Origin: Anolis carolinensis
Lineage: Eukaryota
DNA length: 64,000 bases
Assembly: GCF_035594765.1 (NCBI RefSeq)
Contig: NC_085846.1
Coordinates: forward strand, 12,201,190-12,265,189
Direction: 5' to 3'
This document shows positions 11,301 to 21,737 of this stretch, one piece after another. A model generated the notes under the pieces. It worked only from the letters and a program-made list of their open reading frames with translations. It made no database searches and had not been told where the DNA came from. Numbering within the stretch: the stretch's first letter is position 1; every line of letters begins with the position of its first letter. A program made the position numbers and the translations under genes.

Positions 11301-14300
11301 TGACCTTACTAACGGCATAACAAAATTTATTAATGGACTCCAGCATCTTTGCCCAACAGAGAAGCATTTCTTTCTGAAATGGATGAAATTCAACTTAGAT
11401 CGTGTTGCAAGGAAAAACCTCTTAATATTGAAGGAAGAGTATAAAGAGAAATGCCGCACCACAGGTAATGACACAGAGCAATTAAAACAGCTGGACAAAT
11501 TAATTTCTATCAGTTCCTTAGGGGTGGAACACTTCATGCGTGAGCTGGGGCAGTTTTATGAAGCAGAATACATGATGGTGAAAGAAGGTAAGAAGACACA
11601 GGACCAAAGGCAATTTGTGCAACTGCCAGCGATAGCTGCTGACTTGATGCTGGAAGGATTTCCAATGGAGCTGATTGATGGAGATGCATCTAACATCCCG
11701 CTGCAGTGGGTCACTGATGTTCTGACTGAGCTCCATAAAAAGCTAGGGGGCAGATCTAGGATGCAAATTCTAACTGTTCTTGGTGTGCAAAGCACTGGCA
11801 AATCTACCCTTCTCAATACCATGTTTGGACTGCAGTTTGCGGTCAGCAGTGGTCGATGTACTCGGGGAGCGTTCATGACACTCCTTAGAGTCTCGGAGAA
11901 TCTGCAGCAGGAAATCGGTTGTGATTTTGTCTTAGTAATAGACACAGAAGGTTTGAAAGCCCCTGAATTGGCTAAGCTGGAGGACAGTTATGAGCATGAC
12001 AATGAGTTGGCGACCTTGGTTATTGGACTCAGTGATATCACCATTGTTAACCTGGCCATGGAAAATGCCACCGAAATGAAGGACATCTTGCAAATTGTGG
12101 TCCATGCATTTTTGCGGATGGAGAACATTGGCCACAAACCCAACTGTCAGTTTGTGCATCAGAACGTCAGTGACGTTTCCGCGCATGATCAAAACATGAG
12201 GGATAGAAAACACCTCCTTGAACAGCTGAATGAAATGACCACAGCTGCAGCCAGAATGGAGAAACGACATGGAGACGTATGTTTTTCTGATATTATGGAC
12301 TACGATCCAGAAAAGGACAACTGGTACATTCCTGGGTTGTGGCATGGTGTCCCACCCATGGCTCCAGTGAACCTTGGATACAGTGAAAGTGTGTCAGAAT
12401 TGAAAAGGTATTTATTTGACTTCATGAGGACTAGCTCACAAAATAGATCTTCTAAAGACATCCCTCAGTTTGCTGAATGGATAAAAAGCCTATGGAATGC
12501 TGTAAAACATGAAAATTTTATTTTCAGCTTCCGTAACAGTCTTGTGGCCGATGCATATAACCAGCTCTCAATGAAATATTCAGAATGGGAGTGGGATTTC
12601 TGGAAAGAGATATATTGCTGGGTGTCTAAAGCTGAGACTTCAATTCAGAATCGTTCCCTAGAAGAACTCAAAGATGTTGTCTTAGATAAAATAATACTTG
12701 AGGGTTATCACAAATTGGATGCTGGAGAGCAAGAAATGTTGCAGCGCATACAGAGCTATTTTGAGAGTGGTGGAGAACATTTGCACCTCATAGAAAAGTA
12801 TAAGGAAGACTTTGTTAGAAGCGCAAAATTCCTTCGCAACCACCTGGAGAGCTATTTAGTTAACAAGTGTCAGGAGACTATTCTGATTTGTAAAGGGCAA
12901 GGCAAGATAGACAATCTGCAAGCTAAGTATTTTAAAACCATGGAAGGGAAGGTGAACAAACTCCTAGAAGAATGCAAGGAAAGAAAATGCAAACTGAATT
13001 CCAAGAAACTAAAACGAGAGTTTGAGAAAATGTGGAAAGAAACATTGGCAGAGTTGCCCTCTACTATCTTAACTCTCCGGCAAATTGACGTTGATGTGTT
13101 CCATCAGCTCAGGAAAGATTTAGAGAGTCGGGGTAGCTTGGCAAATCAGATCTTGCAGGAGTTAACCTGCACTTCAGAACTTGGTAAGAAACAATTTATC
13201 ATAAAATTCAAGCACCTAGAAATGACATTCTTTAAAAAAATGAAAGAATTCTTCTTCAAAGAATGTCTAGTTGAACTTGAGATTGCTACCATGTCTCTAA
13301 TTGAAAAGTGCAGAAACTATGTTATGAAGAAAGTCAATCTGAAAGGGGACTATGTTGAAACATACTGTCGTGAATTGTTGTGGATGATTAATCAGGAACT
13401 TCAAGAGAAATATTTTCAGAAACTTTATTTTACCATTAACTTTGAGGTAGAGGTGAAATATCACATTCTGCAAGAGGCAGCTGTTTCTTTTCAGGGGATG
13501 CACAATGCCTTCTACAAGGCTAATAATCCCCGTCAGCGATTAGAAAACCTGAAACCTCACTATTTTTCCGTCTTCAAAGACCTTTACAATGAGAAAGATG
13601 CTTGCCAGAAGAGAGCCATGAATTTTTGTGATGTGTGTTTAAAGCCAGCTTTGGTGGACTACCTCTACAAGAGACTTGGCATAGACATAGTTGATAACTT
13701 TCTCAGCAGTGCGCAATCCATTCAGTATGGGAGTCGGAGCTTCTTTCAGTTCATGGTGCAGAAGAAATTGCTGGAAGATGAAAATTTTGATGAATATGTG
13801 AAGTACATAAGTGATTATAAGGAGTTTGTCAAATCTTGGATAGAGGCACACTTGGTGGACCACTATGGGGAAAGCCAAGATTTGGCCGCTTTGGAAAAAG
13901 AAATCCTATCTGCTGTGATAAAGGAAGTCAAAGTGGCCCTGGAGAGCTCTGCAGAAGAAACAGTGACTTTATCTGAATTTCTGGAATGTTTCTGCCAAGA
14001 GATGAGTGAAGAGCTTGTGATTTCCAAGGAGTCTCTGGATATTATCCTGTTCAACAATACTTCCAAAGTTCGCTCTTTCTCAGCTGATGTCCAGGTCTGT
14101 ATCTCCGAAGTAATGGAAAGAATCCTTGCAGATCAATCTAAATTGAATGTTGACATGATACTTCAAGAGGTTCCATTCAAGCCCCAGGAAGAAATCTTCA
14201 AGCGTGTCTTTGGCTGTGGAAAACAGTGCCCCTTCTGCAAAGTCCCTTGTGAAGCTGGGGGTGGAAATCACCAGGAACATTTTGCCTCGATCCATCGACC

Positions 14301-14637
14301 TCAAGGATTAGGGAGGTATAGATGTAATGAAAGCAAGGAACTTGTATATTCCTTATGCTCCTCAGATGTCACTTCAGATACTGATTTTATAAACATGGAC
14401 ACGGGTTGGGAACGTCATCCCTATAAGGAATATCGCCAGTACTATCCTGACTGGCGCATACAGCCTGATGCTAGCATTGCAGCTTCAGATTACTGGAAGT
14501 TTATATTCAACAAGTACAACCAGAAGTTTGCTGAAGAATATGATGCTCTCCCCGCTGTTCTCCCTGCAGATTGGAAAAGAATCACCAAGCAGCAAGCACT
14601 GGAAAGCATCCAAGAAGCCTTTAACATGAAAGAATGA
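3973..14637 (+). CDS. CARD-containing very large inducible GTPase (VLIG/GVIN1/URGCP family, CARD6-like N-terminus), spliced gene; predicted CDS join(3973..4243,7551..7664,9679..9738,9941..14637), ~1713 aa
   Basis: All junctions are GT-AG and phase 1 (G|gtgagt after 4243; cag|AT 7551..GAAG|gtatgc 7664; tag|AA 9679..GAAG|gtaagg 9738; ccag|GC 9941). Summed length is 5142 nt = 1714 codons with no internal stop. CARD in the first coding exon, P-loop GTPase in the last. The two small linker exons are less certain. Confidence 0.8.
5275..5327. repeat. (AAT)n microsatellite
   Basis: Seen directly. Confidence 0.95.
6641..6779. mobile_element. PIF/Harbinger-like MITE (related copies ~674-819, 1968-2117, 6000-6155, 30550-30690)
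   Basis: TIR GGGCCCTTCCACACAG / CTGTGGAAGGGGCC with TTA on both sides. Confidence 0.65.
8635..9534. mobile_element. Non-autonomous hAT-type DNA transposon
   Basis: 8-bp direct repeat CCTCTGGG at 8627-8634 and 9535-9542; CAG...CTG termini; GC-rich internal repeats. Confidence 0.7.
9941..14637 (+). CDS. Large terminal exon: VLIG/URG4-type GTPase
   Basis: Part of the 1578-aa ORF. G1 GVQSTGKS at 11782-11805, G2 RCTRG, G3 DTEG at 11941-11952, family motifs LMLEGFPMELIDGDASNIP and HDNELATLVIGLSD, C-terminal GCGKQCPFCKVPC..H..H motif. A single giant exon is typical of the family. Confidence 0.93.
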
Positions 14638-16807
14638 CAGCTACTGCCATCGTTAACTTTTACACCTGAGTGCCTTATCGGGGTAATAGAAATACTAATC
14701 TAAAATCAATTGCTGGTCTCAACTAGTGTAGCCCTACTCAGTCCATAGTATGATATATGTGTTGATTTATGTGAGTCTAATCTAATTGGGATTTCCTATC
14801 AGATTTGGCTCACTTTCTGCCATAAATAGCAATCTATTAAAAGTCAAACCTCTAACATTATTGGAATCATATCATGTGGTCTATAGAGATTTTGACTACT
14901 TTGAGGACAAATTACCTAAGGTCAGGAAATAGAGCAATATTATTTCAAAATATAGATTAATTTTAAACTGACAAATACAAGCTGCATTGTCCAAGGATAA
15001 AGTATCTGGATGTCTTAACCTTCTTAGTTACTGTATACTCTTTTTTGAAAGAAGGTGAAAACTGCCTAATTTACAAATCATGTAGTCAGCCACTGCCTTG
15101 TTATTTTCATTTTTTGGAGGATTCTTTCCCTGTGTCTGCATATATTCAATAAATTCTTATTTCTACAGAATTCAGACTGCTTGCAATAACTTTACCTGTC
15201 TAGTAACTTTTCTTCTATTTTCTTCTCTCCCTGGGGGTAATATTACCCTCAGATTAATATTAACCAACTTTTACGAAGTTGTTCTAGTGGTAGCCACATG
15301 TAACCTCTTACACAGAAAGCACTTTAGAAACAATGAGCAGTATTAAATTTTACTTGTTTCAAAGAAAGGTCAGTAGGTTTATGCCTGTTCAGCAATTTTT
15401 TTAATTCTTTCCACCTCTATCTCCTACTCTGTAAATCCTGATATGGCAAGAGAACAGCTTGCTTTACTGTACTTATAATACCAATATACAGTACCATCTA
15501 AAAGAAATTACTCAGTATTAAACCACCCCTTCCCTAGCATTGGCCAGATTTCATGGTGGCCAGGAAGAAATTTAAAATTTTATGATTTTATGTTCAGTAA
15601 AGCAACAAATGACTCCGCTGGATATGGGAAACTAGGTATCTTGTAAAATGCCCTGCATGACTGTTGGCCACGTCAGCAATACGACATCTGTCCCTTGACC
15701 TTTCGGGTTAGAAATCGTAAAGGAAGCAGACTAATATATTTGCTATGTTTTTCTGACGTCATTTTGTGCGAATGTTTTAGTAATCTCAACACGGATGGAC
15801 AATGGCATCTCAAGAAAGCTTTCCAGGGGGTGACCGCCTTTGGTCACAGCTCTACAGAGTCCTGTAGTACCTATATCCTAAAAGCAACAGATCTTACCTC
15901 ATTTTTGAACCTAGGTTAGGGTCAGATCAGGTTAATACTTGGACTGGGCTGGCAAGGAATACCAGATGTGGTTGGCTATTGCCTCTTCCTAGTTAAGCTT
16001 CCCTCTTGCTTACCTTCATGTAAATTTGGAGTCAGGGGAGAACAATTCTGTCATTCCCCCAGACCTTCATTGCTATCTGTCATCAAGTCAACTTTGATAT
16101 ATAATGATGCTATGAATGAGAGACCTACGTTATGGTCTCTCATTAATTTCTAAGTTATAGGCTTCTCTGCTCGTATCTTACAAACTCAGGACTGTGGCTT
16201 CCTTGATTAAATCAAGGTACCTGTAGTTCAGTCTTTTCTTCTACTGCCATTTGCTTTACTGAACATTATAATCTTTTTCCAGTTGTCTCACTGTGAGCCT
16301 AGAATACAATATAGCTCAGTTTAAGCATCTCGGTTTCCAGGGAGAGCTCAGGACTCATTGGTCTCTCTGACAGTCCATGGTACCAGTTGAGCTCTCCAGC
16401 ACCATATTTCATAGGAGTTGATCTATTTTCCTACCACTTTCTTTACTTTCCAGCTTTCCTATCCCTAAGTAGAAATAATACAGAATGGATGGTTCTGACT
16501 TGGATATATTTAGACTTGAGAACTTTCTCCAGTTCCTTCAAGTCTGTCGTGCCAAGTCTTGGCCTTCTTCTGATTTCCTGACTATAGTTTCCCTTTTGAT
16601 TGAATTACCAACTCCCAACTTTAAAATAGTTTCGATTGAATATAATAAGCATCTTTAAAAAAAATTTTAAATCCACCTTGTTGGCTGTTAAGGAAAATGT
16701 GCTATACTACTAAAACATATTCCACACACTATTTAAAACTGTCCTAAACCCATTTCTTTGGACGCAGATGAATCTGTGCATCAGCAGACTAGCTAAATAC
16801 CCTAACA

Positions 16808-16942
16808 CAGTAGTTCTTAACCTGTGGGTCCCCAGATGTTTTGGCCTTCACCTCCCAGAAATCCTAACAGCTGGTAAACTGGCTGCGATTTCTGGGTGTT
16901 CTAAGCCAAAACACCTGGGGACCCACAGGTTGAGAACTACTG
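16808..16942. mobile_element. Palindromic hAT-like MITE (CAGTGGTTCTCAACC family; second copy ~22950-23084)
   Basis: TIR CAGTRGTTCTYAACCTGTGGG. Confidence 0.7.
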
Positions 16943-17160
16943 CCCTAAAAGCTTCAGATCCCACCTGATCTTGGAAGTCATGTAAGTTCAACCTTGGTTA
17001 GTACTTGGATGGGAGACTGCCAACATATACCAGGTGCTTAGACTATTCTTCAGAAGAAGGAATTTGCAAAATCGTTTGAATATCTATCCCTTGTCTAAGA
17101 ATGCTCTCTGAAATTAATGGGGTTGCCAGACGTCAACATCTTTGAAGGCACCTACACACA
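16943..17160 (+). mobile_element. 5S rRNA-derived SINE (degenerate; related copies ~15870-15980, 41855-42065)
   Basis: CTGATCTTGGAAG...TGGTTAGTACTTGGATGGGAGACTGCC...ATACCAGGTGCT resembles 5S rRNA and is followed by a non-rRNA tail. Confidence 0.6.
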
Positions 17161-17419
17161 TAATATCTGTCCTTGGTCCGGTATTCCGGAATGCTGCAGG
17201 GTAGAATTTCCAGAGGGGAAAAAAGGTGACTTTTTGGACTATCATCCCAAAAAGGGGGATTCTAGGAGCGGCAGTCCAAAATAGAAAACCTTTCCCCAAG
17301 CCTAGGACTATCAAGAAAACCCAGGCCCTGTAGGCTCTATTTTAGAGGAAGGAATGGGCCAAACCATCTCTGAATATTCATTCCTTGCTTACTGAAAACC
17401 TTATGAAATTCCATGAAAT

Positions 17420-18670
17420 TGAACAAAATCTGGCTACCAATATTTAAAAAAAACCCTCTAAAATCAGGACAGTAGATAAAGAACAACACTCAGAAAACAG
17501 AAGAATTCCAGACATGAAACAATCAGGGCCAGCTAACACTTTTCAAAAAAGGATTTACCCCAGGCAGGAATCAGCCAGGCCTCGAAGCTGCAAGGCTATT
17601 CATTGCTACTTAAGGGCAAAGTGTCAGAAGAGAATGTTTCGGGAAAATGGCCATACAGCTCGAAAGACTCACAGCAACCCAATAAAGTGTTGTTGTTGTT
17701 ATTACAGTAGAGTCTCACTTATCCAAGCTAACCGGGCCGGCAGAACCTTGGAGAAGCGAATATCTTGGATAATAAGGAGGAATTAAGGAAGAGCCTATTA
17801 AACATCAAATTAGGTTATGATTTTACAAATTAAGCACTAAAACATCATGTTATACAACAAATTTGACAGAAAAAGTAGTTCAATACGCAGTAATGTTATG
17901 TTGTAATTACTGTATTTATGAATTTAGCACCAAAATATCACGATATACAGTAGAGTCTCACTTATCCAAGCCTCGCTTATCCAAGCTTCTGGATTATCCA
18001 AGCCATTTTTGTAGTCAATGTTTTCAGTACATCGTGATATTTTGGTGCTAAATTTGTAAATACAGTAATTACAACATAACATTACTGCGTATTGAACTAC
18101 TTTTTCTGTCAAATTTAGTGTATAACATGATGTTTTGGTGCTTCATTTGTAAAATCATAACCTTATTTGATGTTTAATAGGCTTTTCCTTAATCCCTCCT
18201 TATTATCCAAGATATTCGCTTATCCAAGCTTCTGCCAGCCCGTTTAGCTTGGATAAGTGAGACTCTACTGTATTGAAAACCTTGACTACAAAAATGCCTT
18301 GGATAATCCAGAACCTTGGATAAGCGAGTCTTGGATAAGTGAGACTCTACTGTATTATTATTATTATTAGGGCCAGGTAACACCTTCTAACAAAGGAACC
18401 CCCCAGAAAGGAATCAGCCTGGCCTTGAAGCTGCAAGGCTATTCAGTGCTAATCGAGGTGATTAATTGCAGCATCCACACTTGCCTCCAACAGACAAAGA
18501 GTTCCTTCTCCCACCCTGGATATCATTCCACAGATCTATAAACCTCTTTTGTTTAGTTACCAATATACCTCGCAATCTTTGAGGATGCCTGCCATAGATG
18601 AGGGCGAAACGTCAGGAGAGGATGCTTCTGGAGCATGGCCATACAGCGTGGAAAACTCACAGCAACCCGA
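17420..18670 (+). mobile_element. Penelope-like element fragments interrupted by nested mariner-type MITEs
   Basis: pLTR-type sequence GAGGATGCCTGCCATAGATG.GGGCGAAACGTCAGGAGAG.ATGCTTCTGGA at 18581-18632; a similar copy at 52010-52095. Confidence 0.6.
17705..18352. mobile_element. Tc1/mariner-type MITE with a second copy nested in inverse orientation (17948-18270)
   Basis: TIR CAGTAGAGTCTCACTTATCCAA and TA target duplications on both the outer and inner copy. Confidence 0.85.
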
Positions 18671-18699
18671 AGGAAGCAGAGATGCTCAGTGTTTTCTTT

Positions 18700-19080
18700 G
18701 AAGGCTGATGGACCACAACCCCCAGCATGCCTTGCTCCTTTCCCCGCCCCTTGGCCGTCTTGTCTATCTCCTCCTTTCTGCGCCCTGATTGGCGGCGGCG
18801 CGCAATGGCGGGCGGGCGAGTGTCCCGCGCCAGAGTGGCAGGGGAAGCTGCCCGGGGCTCCTTTCCCGCCGGCATGAAGAGAAGCGGGAGCAACAGCGCC
18901 GGCGAAGGGATGTCGGGCTGGGGCTGGGAGCGGGCGGCGCGGCTGTTCCTGTGCGCGGCGGGGCTGGCTCTCTCGGCCTACGCCTTCCACGTGGAGACGG
19001 CCAAGGAGCGCGACGCCGCCTACCGCGCCATGTGCGACCTCAGCGCCAGCGTCAGCTGCTCCCGCGTCTTCACTTCCAGG
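18700..19080 (+). promoter_or_regulatory. CpG island / VKORC1 promoter with inverted CCAAT box
   Basis: GC- and CpG-rich stretch; CTGATTGG at 18785-18792; GC boxes (CCCGCCCC, GGGCGG). Confidence 0.65.
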
Positions 19081-21664
19081 TAGATGCGTCCCGGGCATGT
19101 TTATTATTCTGCACGGCAGGCATGGCCCAACTTGGGCCTTCCTTTCCTCCGGGGGTTTTGGACTTCAACTCCCAGCATTCCTCACAGCCTCAGGCCCCTT
19201 CCTTTTCCCCCTCAGCCGCTTAAGCGGCTGAGGGGGGAAAGGAAGGGGCCTGAGGCTGTGAGGAATGCTGGGAGTTGAAGTCCAAAACCCCTGAAGGGAA
19301 AGAAGGCCCAAGTTTGCCTGTGCCTAATGTAGACATCAATGGCCCTCCCTCCAATGTCATTGCAGGTTATAGAGAGCGCTGTAAACATGTCCAAGAGTCC
19401 TGCCAATGTCCTCCACAAACACCACATTGCCCACTACCCAAGTGAAGACTTTCATTCAGGGACAATCTCATCCAAGATTTTCTGTTTGTCCTCCACCACA
19501 GACCCCCCAATAATATTAATAATAATAAAACTTTATTTATACCCGCCACCATCTCCCCGCAGGGACTCGGGGTGGCTTACATGGGGCAGAGGCCCAAACA
19601 ACATAGAACAAAACATAGGCAACATAATACAAATCACACTATAAAAAGATAAAACAGTAATACAATATATCAATTAAAACAAAAATACAGGATAAAATAT
19701 TGCATTTAAAACACATAAATGGTAAAATCGTAATAATGATTCTTACTCTCTCCATTGGTTCTATGCACCAACCCCTATCCTCTGAATTCCAGCAATTATT
19801 ATTGTTTGGGTTTTAAATGGTTGTTCATGTTGTTTTATTTGGTTTTAATGTTAATTTTACTGATTTATGTTTTAGTCTTATGTTGATTTGGCTTGTCCCC
19901 ATGTGAGTTGCCCTGAGATGGAGGCGGGATACAAAAATAAAATTATTTATTTATTTATTTTTCAAACTTATATGCCGCCACTCCCCTAGGGCTCGGGGTG
20001 GCTTACAAGAACAACAATTTAAAAATATCTTTAAAACATCTTAAAAACATCGTAAAAGCACCTTTTAAAACATCAATAACAGAACTCAAAAGCCTGCTGA
20101 AACAGGTGTGTCTTACATGCCCTGCGGAAGGCCGACAAGTCCCGCAAGGCACAAACTTCAGGTGGCAAGGTGTTCCAGAGAGATGGCGCCACTACTGAAA
20201 AGGCTTTAAAAAGGTAAAGGTTTCCCCTGACGTTAAGTCCAGTCGTGACCGACTCTGGGGGTTGGTGCTCATCTCCATTTCTAAGCCGAAGAGCTGGCAT
20301 TGTCCATAGACATCTTAAGGTCATGTGGCCGGCATGACTGCATGGAGCGCCGTTACCTTCCCGCCGGAGCGGTACCTATTGATCTACTCACATTTGCATG
20401 TTTTCAAACTGCTAGGTTGGCAGGAGCTGGGCTAACAGCAGGTGCTCATTCCGCTCCCGGGATTTGAATCTGGGACCTTTTGGTCTGCAAGTTCCGCAGC
20501 TCAGTGTTTTAACACACTGTGCCATCAGGGGCCCCTATTATTATTATTAGTGTGGAATTTGCATGACCCCACCCACTGCCTCTCCCATACCCCTTTCCTA
20601 TTCTTCTCTGGCACACAGCAAAAAGAGGAATTGATCAGCAACTGAATATACTAGAGAGAGAGGTTTAGGGAGAATTCACCATGATTTATAGGAGTTGTAG
20701 GTACTGGGATATATAGTTCGTCTGCAATCTAGGAACACTCTGAACTCCACCAGTGATTGACCTGGAACTAACTTTGCACACAGAACCTTCATGACCAAGA
20801 AAAAAAATACTGGAGTCTTTGGAGGAATGTATAGGAGTTGTCATTCACCTACATCCAGAGCTCGCTATTAACTCAAACAATGATGGATCTGGACCAAACT
20901 TGGCATATATACCAAATACACTCAAATTTGAATACTAGGTGGTTTTTGAGGGGAATTGGCCTGGACATTTTGCAGTTGTAGGTACTGGAATGTATAGTTT
21001 ACCTGCAATCAGTGAGCACCCTGAACTCCACCAACGATTGACCTGGAAGCAGCTGAGGGGGGAAAGGAAAGGGTCTGAGGCCAGGAATTGTGGGAGTTGA
21101 AGTCCAAAACATCTGGAGGACTGAAGTTTGCCCATGCCTGGTGTAAATACACACTGAGAGGACCATGCCAGCAAACCCATTGATCCCTGGAACCTAGGCT
21201 TAGGCCGGAGATGAGTAACATTTGACCTTCTAGAGGTGGTTGGACTCCAGCTCTCATCATCCTTCACCATTAGTCCTGCTGGCCAAGGCCGATTGTGGTG
21301 TTCTACATCTCCCTGCCCATCACGATCAATCCAATATATTATTATTATTATCGCCACTGCTTTCTGTTCTATAACATATCTCCTTCCTCCATTTTTCCTT
21401 CCAGGTGGGGTCGTGGTTTTGGCTTGGTGGCAGGCCTCTTGGGATCCGATAGTGTGTTCAACCAGCCGAATAGCATCTTCGGGATTGCTTTTTATATTCT
21501 TCAGGTCCTTTTGGGTGAGTGATAACATTTGTTTCTTCATTCATAAAGATTCCAGGGTGATGCATACAGGAACAAAATATTCATTACAATAAAAAGGACC
21601 ATATATTTAACTATGCATGCTATAAAATCAAGAGAGTCCTCAATTTGGGGTGGGGGGAGGGTGG

Positions 21665-21737
<73 letters not shown>

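Noticed and set aside
10213-14304. Antisense ORFs within the GTPase exon (also those opposite the L2 and VKORC1 exon 1)
   Set aside because: Shadow ORFs of a real coding strand with no recognisable motifs.
15668-15761. UPRE (CCACGTCA) and CRE (TGACGTCA) as a VKORC1 ER-stress enhancer
   Set aside because: Short motifs that can occur by chance (CCACGTCA also occurs at ~8363); no other support.
16943-17040. Functional 5S rRNA gene
   Set aside because: Too diverged, and followed by a SINE-like tail.
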